DNA from: Mariprofundus sp.
Lineage (GTDB): Bacteria; Pseudomonadota; Zetaproteobacteria; Mariprofundales; Mariprofundaceae
Assembly: GCA_021772835.1 (NCBI GenBank)
Contig: JAJFLE010000057.1
Span: 3,177 to 67,176 of the forward strand
Length of the DNA: 64,000 nt
Reading direction: 5' to 3'
The notes under the pieces are model-generated. The model was not told the origin of the DNA and did not search any database. It was given only the letters and a program-made list of their open reading frames with translations. Shown in pieces: positions 48,012 to 58,113 of this stretch; position 1 is the stretch's first letter; each line of letters begins with the position of its first letter. The translations under genes were made by a program, and so were the position numbers.

Positions 48012-49721
48012 ATGCGTTCCCTTATTTTGCTTTCAAGCCTGCTGATTTATGTCTCAGTCGCTAAAGCCGAAACATTCGATTCAATCGCAGCCGTTGTTAA
48101 TAACGAAGCCATCAGCTGTTACGAGATTCAGCAAGAAATTCAAACTGCAGTTGCCCAGATACGTCAATCAGGACAAGCATCCCCACTTTCTTATAACGAG
48201 CTGAAATACAGAGCCTTTGATGCAAAAGTCACCAAATTACTGCAAGTTCAGGAAGCTCGCAAACTGGAGCTAAGTGTCACTCAGGAAGAGGTAGACAATG
48301 CCATTCAGAATGTAGAAAGCAGCAACAATCTGTTACCGGGTCAACTCAAGGATGCCATTGCGCAGCAGGGCATGAATTTTGATGATTATAAAGAAACACT
48401 AAAAGACCAGATCCTGATCGGTAAACTCATCAATGTCGCCGTGCGCAGCAAACTGCAAATTTCCGAAGAGTCCATGCGCGAGTATTACCGTAAATATCTG
48501 GCTGTGCCAAAACCTCGCAGAGAAGTGCATCTTGCCCAGATTTTTATGGCAGTGCCAAACGAACCCACACCTGAGCAACTCAATAAGGTTCGTGACAAGG
48601 TTCGCTGGATTCACCAGCAACTTGTTGACGGTACAGACTTCGCCCAAATGGTCGCCACATATTCCCAGTCCGCAGAGAGAGAGCAGAAGGGAGATATGGG
48701 CTGGTTCATGCACGGCGGAATCGCACAGCGCTTCGTGCCCGCACTGGAGTTGCCTGTGAATGCTTTGACTGACCCCATTCGCTCACCATCAGGCTTTCAC
48801 ATTATTAAAGTCCTGGAAGACAGATGGCAGGACACTGAGCAAACTGGTGAAAGTTACGATGAAGCCCATGCCCGGCACATTCTCCTGCAAATCCCTGCTC
48901 TCGCAGATGAGGCCACGGTCGCGAAAATAAGACATCGTGCAGATTCCATTGCAGCCGATATGAAAGGCGCATCTGATGAAGCGTTTGCAAAACGCGCCGA
49001 GGAAGACTCCCAGGGACCTAGCGCCAGCAAGGGCGGGGACCTTGGATGGTTCAAAAGAGGCATGATGATCCCAGCCTTTGAAGAGGCAGCCTTTAAGCTC
49101 AAGGCTGGAGAAACCAGTGGCGTGGTTGAAACTGGTTTTGGACTGCATATTATTCGGCTTGTTGCCCGTCGTCACATTGACCCAAACTCATTTGAAGCGA
49201 ACAAAGACAAGATTCAACAAATTCTGACCGACATTGAAATGCAGGAGCAGCATCCGCACTGGCTGGCTGGTCTGAAGGCAGCAGCAAAAATTGAGAATTT
49301 CAGCTGTGCCGATATAAACATAGGAAGTGCCGCGCCCGTGGTTGAACAGGCTCAGCCAACGACAAACGCTTCTGAGCAACAGATTAGCCCTGAAGCCGTG
49401 GTAAATTCCTGGCTTAAGGCTTGGAGCAGCAAAGACCTGGATGTTTATTTTGCCAACTATTCCGAGCACTTTTACCTTGGTAAATCCCATGCATCTATTG
49501 CTGAGTGGAAAAAATATCGCACCCAGATGATAGAAAACAAAACTTTTATTCGTGTTTCCATCCATGATTTAAAGGTAATTCCGGTTGATGGCAACCATGT
49601 CCGCTGCGAATTCACGCAGAATTATGAATCCGACACATATTCCAACAAAGGTAAAAAATCTCTGATCCTGGAAAAAGAGGGTAATAGTTGGAAAATCGTC
49701 CGTGAGCTAAGCTTTCTCTAA
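48012..49721 (+). CDS. surA: SurA-type periplasmic chaperone/PPIase with an extra C-terminal NTF2/SnoaL-like domain
   Basis: Start at the ATG at 48012 (GGAG 5 nt upstream; signal peptide MRSLILLSSLLIYVSVAKA). It has a SurA N-domain and two parvulin domains (...SPSGFHIIKVLEDR, ...ETGFGLHIIRLVARR). A ~130-aa extension follows: VVNSWLKAWSSKDLDVYFANYSEHF...VRCEFTQNYESDTYSNKGKKSLILEKEGNSWKIVRE. Confidence 0.85.
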   Translation: MRSLILLSSLLIYVSVAKAETFDSIAAVVNNEAISCYEIQQEIQTAVAQIRQSGQASPLSYNELKYRAFDAKVTKLLQVQEARKLELSVTQEEVDNAIQNVESSNNLLPGQLKDAIAQQGMNFDDYKETLKDQILIGKLINVAVRSKLQISEESMREYYRKYLAVPKPRREVHLAQIFMAVPNEPTPEQLNKVRDKVRWIHQQLVDGTDFAQMVATYSQSAEREQKGDMGWFMHGGIAQRFVPALELPVNALTDPIRSPSGFHIIKVLEDRWQDTEQTGESYDEAHARHILLQIPALADEATVAKIRHRADSIAADMKGASDEAFAKRAEEDSQGPSASKGGDLGWFKRGMMIPAFEEAAFKLKAGETSGVVETGFGLHIIRLVARRHIDPNSFEANKDKIQQILTDIEMQEQHPHWLAGLKAAAKIENFSCADINIGSAAPVVEQAQPTTNASEQQISPEAVVNSWLKAWSSKDLDVYFANYSEHFYLGKSHASIAEWKKYRTQMIENKTFIRVSIHDLKVIPVDGNHVRCEFTQNYESDTYSNKGKKSLILEKEGNSWKIVRELSFL

Positions 49722-49727
49722 GCCTGC

Positions 49728-50747
49728 ATGAAACCATTATTGCTTACCCTTGGCGAGCCTGCAGGGATAGGCCCGGATTGTGTCATCCGAGCTTATAAAG
49801 ACCACCCTGAGAGCTTCGATCACATCATTATTGTTGCACCAGCAATCTGGCTGCAACAGCGTGCAAAACAGATTGGCCTGCAAACAGAAATCCGTGAGTT
49901 CGTCACACTAAGCACTGCAGAGCAATCGAGCACAACAGGCCTGAAGTGCTGGAATCCATTAACACCTGACGTCAAAGTTAGCCCTGTCACAATGGGTAAA
50001 ACTTCACAGACAACTGCTGCTGCAGTCATCAACTGCATTCAAACTGCAGCAGAAACCTGCCTGTCCAATCAGGCGGCAGGACTGATTACCGGTCCGATTG
50101 AAAAGGCCGTATTGCGCAGTGCCGGATTCAAGTTCCCCGGCCATACCGAGTTCCTGGCCCACATTTCACGCAAACCCGATGCAACTGCAGCAACAGATTT
50201 TGTCATGATGCTCGCCTCAGCATCACTGCGCGTGGCCCTGCTTACGACTCACCTTGCCATCAAAGATGTACCTCATGCCCTTTCGATACAGCTAACGATT
50301 GATTGCATCCGCATTGTGCATCATGACCTGAAACAGCGTTTTGGCATCAAACAGCCAAGACTAGCTTTATGTGGCTTAAACCCGCATGCAGGTGAGCAGG
50401 GACACTTTGGTCGGGAAGAGATCGATATTCTCAATCCTGCAGTTGAAGTTGCACGTCAGGAAGGCATAGAAATAACAGATGCAATACCGGCAGATACAGC
50501 CTTTTCTGCAAGCAATCGCCATCACTTTGATGCCATCATCTGCTGTTACCACGATCAGGCCCTGATCCCGATCAAAGCCATTAGCTTTGGTGAGTCCGTC
50601 AACATTACACTCGGCCTGCCATTTATTCGCACCAGCGTTGATCACGGTACGGCCCTTGACCTGGTTGGGTCTGAAGACGTATCTTATTCTAGCCTGATGG
50701 AAGCTATCCATATGGCTAAACTGATGGCACAGAAAACATTGTCATAA
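49728..50747 (+). CDS. pdxA: 4-hydroxythreonine-4-phosphate dehydrogenase
   Basis: Carries LTLGEPAGIGPD...FPGHTEFL...GLNPHAGEQGHFGREE...FIRTSVDHGTALD. Confidence 0.92.
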   Translation: MKPLLLTLGEPAGIGPDCVIRAYKDHPESFDHIIIVAPAIWLQQRAKQIGLQTEIREFVTLSTAEQSSTTGLKCWNPLTPDVKVSPVTMGKTSQTTAAAVINCIQTAAETCLSNQAAGLITGPIEKAVLRSAGFKFPGHTEFLAHISRKPDATAATDFVMMLASASLRVALLTTHLAIKDVPHALSIQLTIDCIRIVHHDLKQRFGIKQPRLALCGLNPHAGEQGHFGREEIDILNPAVEVARQEGIEITDAIPADTAFSASNRHHFDAIICCYHDQALIPIKAISFGESVNITLGLPFIRTSVDHGTALDLVGSEDVSYSSLMEAIHMAKLMAQKTLS

Positions 50748-50765
50748 TTCAGCAGGATTCACATC

Positions 50766-51362
50766 TTGTCATCACAAGGAGGCAACGTGCAGATTAACAA
50801 ACTCGCCGGGCAGTTGCTTCTGGCAACCCCTTCTCTGCAGGATCCGAACTTCAAGGATTCCGTGGTATTGATCTGCCATCATGACGATGATGGCTGCATG
50901 GGGCTGATCATTAATCGACCGCAGGATATCTCTTTGTCAGATGTACTCATTGATCTCGGCCTTCAGAACAAACAAAGCCTTGCTGATCAAAGCAATAAAG
51001 AGATTCAACGTGTGTTTGAAGGTGGGCCTGTTGATGATTTTCGCGGTTTTGTGCTGCATGACAGCTGGCAAGTCTACGACTCAACCATGGAGATCACACC
51101 TGAGTTGTTTCTGACTTCGTCGCGTGATGTACTTGAGGATCTGGCTCAGGGAGAGGGCCCTGAACATTACATGTTAATTCTGGGTTACGCAGGTTGGCAA
51201 ACAGGACAACTGGAAAGTGAACTATTCAACAACGACTGGCTGATTGCACCAGCCAGCCAACGTATCGTCTTTCAGGAACCACCGGAACAGCGCTGGGACT
51301 TTGGCGCACGATGCATGGGTTTCGAGCGCAGCCAACTATCGGACCAGATTGGTCACGCCTGA
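50766..51362 (+). CDS. YqgE/AlgH-family protein (UPF0301)
   Basis: Carries LAGQLLLATPSLQDPNFKDSVVLICHHDDDGCMGLIINRP...GGPV...LGYAGWQTGQLESE. Confidence 0.85.
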   Translation: MSSQGGNVQINKLAGQLLLATPSLQDPNFKDSVVLICHHDDDGCMGLIINRPQDISLSDVLIDLGLQNKQSLADQSNKEIQRVFEGGPVDDFRGFVLHDSWQVYDSTMEITPELFLTSSRDVLEDLAQGEGPEHYMLILGYAGWQTGQLESELFNNDWLIAPASQRIVFQEPPEQRWDFGARCMGFERSQLSDQIGHA

Positions 51363-51373
51363 CGCAAAGACAA

Positions 51374-52717
51374 TCAGCAGACTCTTTCTCTGATTGCCTC
51401 GGTTAACTGCCCACCAATATTGAGCATTATAGTCTCATCCTCAGCTTCAACCATCACTCTGATCTTCGGCTCTGTGCCTGACATGCGCACATTGATACGC
51501 CCACTTCCACCCAGATGCCGCTCAGCATCGCAGATAAGTTTCTGCACCTGCTCATCAGCCAACACATCCTTAGGCTCGCTCATCATGATATTCCATAACT
51601 TTTGCGGAAACAGCGACATGCCAGCAGCCATCTCTGCAAGAGCTTTATTCTGCTCCTGCATGGCCGTAAGTAACTGTAGCGCCGTCATCACCCCGTCTCC
51701 GGTTGTATTGTGGTCCAGTAAAATCATGTGCCCGGATTGTTCGCCACCAACATTACAGCCTGTCTCTCGCATCATTTCGAGCACGTAACGATCACCCACT
51801 GCAGCCCTGAACATGGAAAGCCCTATACCTTCCAGGTAACGCTCCAGCCCCATATTGCTCATCAGAGTCGTCACAACAGCTCCGCCCGTCAGCTGCCCCT
51901 TCTTGTGAGCATGTTCTGCCAAAATGGCAATCACACGGTCACCATCAACAATGCAACCCTGAGCATCGCAGGCGATCAGACGGTCAGCATCGCCATCGAA
52001 TGCCAGCCCGACATCCGCACCGACATCGACCACCTTCTGCATCATACTCTCCGGGTGGGTTGATCCGCATTCACGGTTAATATTAAATCCGTCCGGTTCG
52101 TCAAACATGGCAATCACATCACAACCAAGTTCGCGCAAAATACGCGGCCCAACGTCATAGGCTGCACCATTGGCACAGTCGACCACGACTTTCAAACCAT
52201 CGAGCCGCAAGCCTCGTGGCAACGAACCCTTTAAAAATTCTATATAGCGACCTCGTGCATCTTCAACGCGTGCCGCTTTACCGACCGCAAGGGCCGCTGG
52301 CAAAGGAGGAAGCTTATCCAGGCAGGCTTCTATCTCCAGCTCAATCTCATCCGCCAACTTGAAGCCATCGGCAGCAAAAAACTTGATGCCATTATCGCCT
52401 GCAGGATTGTGCGAGGCCGACAACATGACGCCTGCATCCGCCCGTAAGCTGCGAGTCAGGTATGCGACTGCGGGTGTAGGCACTGGCCCTACAAGCAACA
52501 CACTCATACCTTGTGCAGTTAATCCGGCACATAGAGCCGATTCGATCATATAGCCGGAAAGCCGTGTATCTTTACCGATCAGGATTCGGGGCTGATGATC
52601 CAGGTGCTGAGTCAGAACATGGCCAGCAGCACGCCCCAGAGCCAAAGAAAACTCTGCCGTCATCGGAAACTGATTGACCGGGCCACGCACGCCATCGGTG
52701 CCAAAATAACGTCTCAT
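51374..52717 (-). CDS. glmM: phosphoglucosamine mutase
   Basis: Carries MRRYFGTDGVRG...GVMLSASHNPAGDNGIKFF (phosphoserine loop)...FDGDADR. ATGA overlap with the upstream cdaR-like gene. Confidence 0.95.
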   Translation of the reverse strand: MRRYFGTDGVRGPVNQFPMTAEFSLALGRAAGHVLTQHLDHQPRILIGKDTRLSGYMIESALCAGLTAQGMSVLLVGPVPTPAVAYLTRSLRADAGVMLSASHNPAGDNGIKFFAADGFKLADEIELEIEACLDKLPPLPAALAVGKAARVEDARGRYIEFLKGSLPRGLRLDGLKVVVDCANGAAYDVGPRILRELGCDVIAMFDEPDGFNINRECGSTHPESMMQKVVDVGADVGLAFDGDADRLIACDAQGCIVDGDRVIAILAEHAHKKGQLTGGAVVTTLMSNMGLERYLEGIGLSMFRAAVGDRYVLEMMRETGCNVGGEQSGHMILLDHNTTGDGVMTALQLLTAMQEQNKALAEMAAGMSLFPQKLWNIMMSEPKDVLADEQVQKLICDAERHLGGSGRINVRMSGTEPKIRVMVEAEDETIMLNIGGQLTEAIRERVC

Positions 52718-53412
52718 TTCTGCTCTCCTCCACCCAAACCATCCGGTAAAACCGGTGCATCTGTTTGCACCAGCACACCACGCACATCAATTTTCACCTT
52801 GCCTTCAACCAGCCGAATCGCCTTGCCGGACGGACTTTCAACTCCAGAGCTCGCCTTAAAAGGACCCGCCTTCAAGGACGGACGAATCGGTGTGGTTTCT
52901 ACCTTTCTTAAGGTGTCCAGCCAGACTTCAGGCCCAATCAGGTGCACCTGTTGCGGCTCAACAGTGACGGAGGCTGCCTTCCAGCCTTCAGGTAGCTCAA
53001 AGTGTGCTTTCACAGGAATAGACCGGGTCACCAACCTGTCCACCTGCAGCTCCAGCCTGTCCGGCTGCACCTTCTCGATATGTAAACCGACAGGCAGAGA
53101 CACTGATGAAACTTGCAGCGCACGCTCAACCACACCTGGAGTGGTGATATCACTGACCATGATAGGCAGCGACATATCCTGTTGGTGCAGATCCTTCAAA
53201 CGTGATTGTAAGCCCGTCACCGTAACACGCACATGATCCGGCAAATCATTGACGATCACCATACCTGCTGGCAAACCCTGAATTTGCAATGGAACATCCA
53301 TACTCAAAGAACCTTCACCCTGGCCATGTACCTGCAACCACAGTGCAATGGCAATAATAATGGCCCAGATGTGCAGATTAAATTTTCGGAACTGACTGAC
53401 AAACAAGCGCAT
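52714..53412 (-). CDS. cdaR: YbbR-domain protein (CdaR-like regulator of diadenylate cyclase)
   Basis: N-terminal TM (HIWAIIIAIALWL) followed by repeated beta-rich YbbR-like modules (VPLQIQGLPAGMVIV...VRVTVTG..., IPVKAHFELPEGWKAASVTVEPQQVHLIGP). It is sandwiched between cdaA and glmM with 1-nt and 4-nt overlaps. Confidence 0.7.
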   Translation of the reverse strand: MRLFVSQFRKFNLHIWAIIIAIALWLQVHGQGEGSLSMDVPLQIQGLPAGMVIVNDLPDHVRVTVTGLQSRLKDLHQQDMSLPIMVSDITTPGVVERALQVSSVSLPVGLHIEKVQPDRLELQVDRLVTRSIPVKAHFELPEGWKAASVTVEPQQVHLIGPEVWLDTLRKVETTPIRPSLKAGPFKASSGVESPSGKAIRLVEGKVKIDVRGVLVQTDAPVLPDGLGGGEQK

Positions 53413-54209
53413 CAGACTTTGTCTGCCGTTTCAGCAGATTTCCCCTGTGAATAAAGCACGGATGACAGTGTTTTTTCCAGGGCCTGATGCAATTCCCGGC
53501 TGTTAAGCGACTCGCCCAATTGCCCCTCTTCAACCAGATGAACGTCACCCCGCTCTTCAGACACCACAATCACCAGCGCATCACTCTCTTCGGACAAGCC
53601 GACAGCGGCACGATGCCGTGTGCCGAAATTACCGGGGAGGGCCGTCACCTGAGCCAGAGGAAGCAACACACGTGCAGCGACAACTCGCCCTCCGCGAGCA
53701 TCCCGGCAAACAATAACCGCCCCATCATGCATAGGGGCATCAGGGCAAAATATGGCTTGTATGACATCCGGTCGAATGGGCGCATTCATTTCAACACCGG
53801 ATTCGAACAAGTGGCGCAGGCCAGTTTCACGTTCAATCACAATCAGGCCACCCCAACCACGGTGCACCAGAGAAAAAGCCGACTCTACCAATTCATCGAG
53901 CATGGCTACTGTTGGTGTAGTACCGGATGAAAGTGGATTGACCGCCACACGCACCAGAGCACGACGAATTTCCTGCTGAAAAAGTACAACCAGAATCACC
54001 ATAAAAGCGGAAAAGAAGTGCCCGAATATCCATTCAACCGTAAACAGACCAAACACCTGAGATAACTGATAAACAACCACAACCATGGCAACGCCAATCA
54101 ACATCTGCACTGCACGAGTGCCACGAATCAAGCGTAAAAAGAAATAGACCACGATGGCCACCACCGTGATGTCGAAGACATCAGAAAGTCCAAACTGCCA
54201 GCCGCTCAT
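53412..54209 (-). CDS. cdaA: membrane-anchored diadenylate cyclase (CdaA/DacA type)
   Basis: Three N-terminal TMs followed by a DAC domain: GWGGLIVIERETGL, MHDGAVIV (DGA motif) and GTRHRAAVGLSEESDALVIVVSEERG (RHR motif). Confidence 0.9.
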   Translation of the reverse strand: MSGWQFGLSDVFDITVVAIVVYFFLRLIRGTRAVQMLIGVAMVVVVYQLSQVFGLFTVEWIFGHFFSAFMVILVVLFQQEIRRALVRVAVNPLSSGTTPTVAMLDELVESAFSLVHRGWGGLIVIERETGLRHLFESGVEMNAPIRPDVIQAIFCPDAPMHDGAVIVCRDARGGRVVAARVLLPLAQVTALPGNFGTRHRAAVGLSEESDALVIVVSEERGDVHLVEEGQLGESLNSRELHQALEKTLSSVLYSQGKSAETADKV

Positions 54210-54276
54210 GAGTCTGCCTTCTTGTTCATCCCAGTAAGGGTAGTTCGATTAAGCACGCATGCAAGCACCAACATAT

Positions 54277-55095
54277 TCAGGACAGGGCTGATGCCACTTT
54301 AATCGCTCTTCGCTGCAACTTCACATCATGCACTCGCAGCACATCTGCTCCGTGTATAATGCCTGCAGCCCCGGCCACCGCCGTTTCAACTTCACGATCA
54401 TCAACAGTACATCCGGTAAGCAAACCGAGGAAAGATTTTCTCGAAACACCGAGCAGTACAGGCATGGAAAATCGATCTTTGAATTCAGCCAGCGACCGGA
54501 TCAGTGTCAGGTTATCTTCAAGTCGTTTACCAAAACCGATACCCGGATCAAGCAAGATTGAAGAAGCCTGAATACCCGCGGCCAAGGCCACATTGATTCT
54601 TTCTGCGAAAAAAGCTGCCACCTCCTCGATCACATCATCGTATTGCGGCCTGTGCTGCATAGTTTCTGGATTTCCCAGCATATGCATCAGGCACACATCG
54701 ACACCCGACCCGGCAACCACAGCAAGGCTTCCGGGGTCATGTGTGAGCGCGCTGACATCGTTCACCATCACCGCTCCGGCGGCAATCGCCTGCGCCATGA
54801 CTTCAGCCTTCATGGTATCAATGGATACGGCACAGCCATGTCTGCTCAGCTCACGCACTACAGGAATTACACGTCCCAGTTCATCGTCTACAGTTACTCT
54901 CGCAGCTCCCGGGCGGGTAGACTCCCCCCCCACATCCAGCAGACGGGCTCCATCATGCCACATGGAGAGACCGTGATTTACTGCAGCATCGACATCGACA
55001 AAACTACCGCCGTCCGAAAACGAGTCGGGGGTGCAATTAAGCACCCCCATAATCCACGCTTCACCATCAACCGGACGGTGCCACAGTGAAGGCAT
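54277..55095 (-). CDS. folP: dihydropteroate synthase
   Basis: Carries IMGVLNCTPDSFSDGG...LDVGGESTRPGA...SIDT...VNDVS...DPGIGFGK. Confidence 0.94.
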   Translation of the reverse strand: MPSLWHRPVDGEAWIMGVLNCTPDSFSDGGSFVDVDAAVNHGLSMWHDGARLLDVGGESTRPGAARVTVDDELGRVIPVVRELSRHGCAVSIDTMKAEVMAQAIAAGAVMVNDVSALTHDPGSLAVVAGSGVDVCLMHMLGNPETMQHRPQYDDVIEEVAAFFAERINVALAAGIQASSILLDPGIGFGKRLEDNLTLIRSLAEFKDRFSMPVLLGVSRKSFLGLLTGCTVDDREVETAVAGAAGIIHGADVLRVHDVKLQRRAIKVASALS

Positions 55096-57029
55096 CAGTG
55101 AACCTGCCCAGCCTCATCACCTGATGATTTTTCCTGTTCAGGCTCCTTGCCAACATCTACTTTTGCAGAAGGCTCTTCAGGCGGTCTTTTGCCAGGAGAT
55201 GCCGGTTTCTGCTCGAACTCCTTGATCAGCAACGGCTCCTTACCTTCCATCACACGATCAATATCGGTCGTGTCCAGCGTCTCATATTTGATCAACCCCT
55301 TTGCCAGCAGGTGCAACTGATCCATGTGCTCTATGAGAATATTCTTGGCACGGTCGTAGTTATCTTCAATCAGCTGGCGAACCACGACATCAATCTTGCG
55401 TGCTGTCTCTTCCGAGATATTGGTCTGACGGGTAATTTCACGACCCAGGAATGGCTCGTGCTCGCGTTCACCATATACCATAGGCCCCATCTCATCGGAC
55501 ATGCCCCACTGGGTCACCATGTTGCGCGCCAGTTGTGTCGCACGTTCGAAATCATTGGAAGCACCGGTCGTCATCTGCCCCAGCACCAGCTCTTCGCCGA
55601 GACGCCCACCCATCATGATAGATATCTGGTCACGCAGATATTCCTTATCATGATTGAATTTGTCTTCTGTCGGCATCTGCATGGTAATACCGAGGGCCTG
55701 ACCACGCGGAATAATACTCACCTTATGCACCGGATCTGCATTTTTCAGGTATTTAGCCACCAGCGTATGACCAGCTTCATGATATGCCGTAGTCTTCTTC
55801 TGATCATCGGAGATCAACATGGAACGACGCTCGGTACCCATCATCACCTTGTCTTTGGCCGTTTCAAAGTCGGCACGGCCCACCTTGTCACGATCGAAAC
55901 GGGCCGCATTCAGCGCCGCCTCATTGACCAGATTGGCCAGATCAGCGCCAGAGAAACCCGGCGTACCGCGTGCCAGCTCCTTGGTATCCACATCAGATGC
56001 CAATGGCACTTTACGCATGTGAACTTTCAGGATCTGATCGCGGCCCAACAGATCCGGACGCGGCACAGTGACCTGACGGTCAAAACGACCAGGGCGTAGC
56101 AAAGCCGGATCGAGCACATCGGGACGGTTGGTGGCAGCCACCAGAATGACGCCTTCATTGGATTCAAAACCATCCATTTCAACCAGCATCTGATTCAACG
56201 TCTGTTCGCGCTCATCGTTGCCGCCACCGATACCGGCGCCGCGATGACGCCCCATGGCATCAATTTCATCGACAAAGATAATGCATGGCGCATGTTTTTT
56301 GGCCTGTTCGAACATATCGCGCACACGCGATGCACCAACACCAACAAACATCTCCACAAAATCGGAACCGGAGATTGAATAAAACGGCACTTCCGCTTCC
56401 CCGGCAATGGCACGCGCCAACAGCGTTTTACCAGTACCCGGAGGGCCAACCAGCAAAACGCCTTTTGGAATTTTACCACCAAGGCGGGTAAACTTGGATG
56501 GATCACGAAGGAACTCGATGACCTCAGTTACCTCCTGCTTGGCCTCATCACATCCGGCCACATCTTCAAAGGTGACTCGCGCAGTATTCTCATTGAGCAA
56601 TTTGGCCTTACTCTTACCAAAGCCCATGGCACCACCTTTACCACCGCCCTGCATCTGGCGCATAAAGAATACCCACACGCCGATCAGCAGCAGCATTGGG
56701 AACCAGGAGATCAGTATGGAAAGAAGGAACGGCACTTCGTCCGCCTCTTTGACATTCACCACTACTTTATTATCCAGCAGACGCTGCGTCATGGACGGAT
56801 CATTCGGTACGTTGACATCGAAGTTCCTCAGATCACCGGATTTATCACGATATTGACCGATAACCTGCTTGTCTTTGATGGTTGCCGATTCAACCATGCC
56901 GTTATCCACCTTCTCGATAAAGGTGGAATAAGCCATTTTATCGGCCTTCGACATTGGTGCCGAAAACATATTAAACAGGCTCATCATGGTCAGGCCTATA
57001 ACCAGCCACAGCAGTAAATTCTTACCCAT
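55095..57029 (-). CDS. ftsH: ATP-dependent zinc metalloprotease FtsH
   Basis: Two N-terminal TMs, Walker [12 protein letters not shown], Walker B IIFVDEID, the SRH region and the zinc motif HEAGHT. 644 aa. Confidence 0.97.
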   Translation of the reverse strand: MGKNLLLWLVIGLTMMSLFNMFSAPMSKADKMAYSTFIEKVDNGMVESATIKDKQVIGQYRDKSGDLRNFDVNVPNDPSMTQRLLDNKVVVNVKEADEVPFLLSILISWFPMLLLIGVWVFFMRQMQGGGKGGAMGFGKSKAKLLNENTARVTFEDVAGCDEAKQEVTEVIEFLRDPSKFTRLGGKIPKGVLLVGPPGTGKTLLARAIAGEAEVPFYSISGSDFVEMFVGVGASRVRDMFEQAKKHAPCIIFVDEIDAMGRHRGAGIGGGNDEREQTLNQMLVEMDGFESNEGVILVAATNRPDVLDPALLRPGRFDRQVTVPRPDLLGRDQILKVHMRKVPLASDVDTKELARGTPGFSGADLANLVNEAALNAARFDRDKVGRADFETAKDKVMMGTERRSMLISDDQKKTTAYHEAGHTLVAKYLKNADPVHKVSIIPRGQALGITMQMPTEDKFNHDKEYLRDQISIMMGGRLGEELVLGQMTTGASNDFERATQLARNMVTQWGMSDEMGPMVYGEREHEPFLGREITRQTNISEETARKIDVVVRQLIEDNYDRAKNILIEHMDQLHLLAKGLIKYETLDTTDIDRVMEGKEPLLIKEFEQKPASPGKRPPEEPSAKVDVGKEPEQEKSSGDEAGQVH

Positions 57030-57141
57030 TGATTCTAATCCTCTTGCCCGTCAAAACGGGCTTAAAATATCTGTTGTCACGCAAGCGTGGCCTATTATGC
57101 ATGAAAGTTCGATTAAATAATAAACCTATTTATTCTAATAT

Positions 57142-58113
57142 TCACCCGGCTCTGACAGTCTGCAGGTGCAGGCGCCCTTGAGCTCTATAGAGTCGGCAAC
57201 GGGACAAATCAAGTCCCCCCCGTGCCTTTTTCGACGTCCATGTTTCAACCAGTTCGATATGACGCCGCCCGGGAGTACTACCTTCGCCAAGCACGATAAC
57301 CATAATTTTCTGCAACACACGTGCCCGCACAGGCGGCGAGCTTGCACACCAGGCCTGCCAAGAGAGGGAGGCCACACCCTGTTCATGCAACAGATCATTT
57401 TCCAGCATTTTTTCCGCTGCCGTATCCAACCTGTCAGTAAGACAGTCAGCCTGAACTTTCCAGCGCAAAAACAGCTGGCGGGGCTGATATCCAGCCTGAT
57501 GCATGGCAGAAAAATCTCTCGCCCTTATCCGATTGCGCCACAAGCCTGAATCATCGTTGCTGGGATCTTCCAGCCATTCAACTTCAGCCTCTCTTAAAGC
57601 CTCTTTCAGCATGTTACCCTGCACATGCAACAGTGGGCGCAGCAATCTTAATGTTCCAAGCATACGTTCGTTATGCATGCCCCGGCAGCCTGCCGCCCCT
57701 GCCCCTTGCAGCATACGCATATAAACAGTCTCAGCCTGATCATCCAGATGATGACCCAGACACAAAACATTCACATCAAGCTCTTGTCCCCAGCGTGCAA
57801 ACTGCGCATAACGGCCAGCTCTGGCCTCAGCCTCCATATTCTTACCGGTTGGTTCATCCAGCCTGGTTGAATAAAACGGAATACCCCACTGCTCTGCTCT
57901 GTTCGCCAGCAGCGCGGTTTCATCATGGGAAAATGATCGCCATGCATGGTCCACATGCCAAGCCTGGAGCTGGCATCCAGTCGATTTCAGAGCCAGTAAC
58001 AAAGCGGTTGAATCAGCCCCGCCCGACCAGCCCACAGCCACCGTTTGTGAGGTCGTAAAAATAGTCTGACCATCCAGCCAGCCATTGAATATTTCAGATT
58101 GCATGTTTTGCAT
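57142..58113 (-). CDS. tilS: tRNA(Ile)-lysidine synthetase
   Basis: PP-loop VGWSGGADSTALLL, then GHHLDDQAET. 323 aa, a short form without the long C-terminal domain. Confidence 0.88.
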   Translation of the reverse strand: MQNMQSEIFNGWLDGQTIFTTSQTVAVGWSGGADSTALLLALKSTGCQLQAWHVDHAWRSFSHDETALLANRAEQWGIPFYSTRLDEPTGKNMEAEARAGRYAQFARWGQELDVNVLCLGHHLDDQAETVYMRMLQGAGAAGCRGMHNERMLGTLRLLRPLLHVQGNMLKEALREAEVEWLEDPSNDDSGLWRNRIRARDFSAMHQAGYQPRQLFLRWKVQADCLTDRLDTAAEKMLENDLLHEQGVASLSWQAWCASSPPVRARVLQKIMVIVLGEGSTPGRRHIELVETWTSKKARGGLDLSRCRLYRAQGRLHLQTVRAG

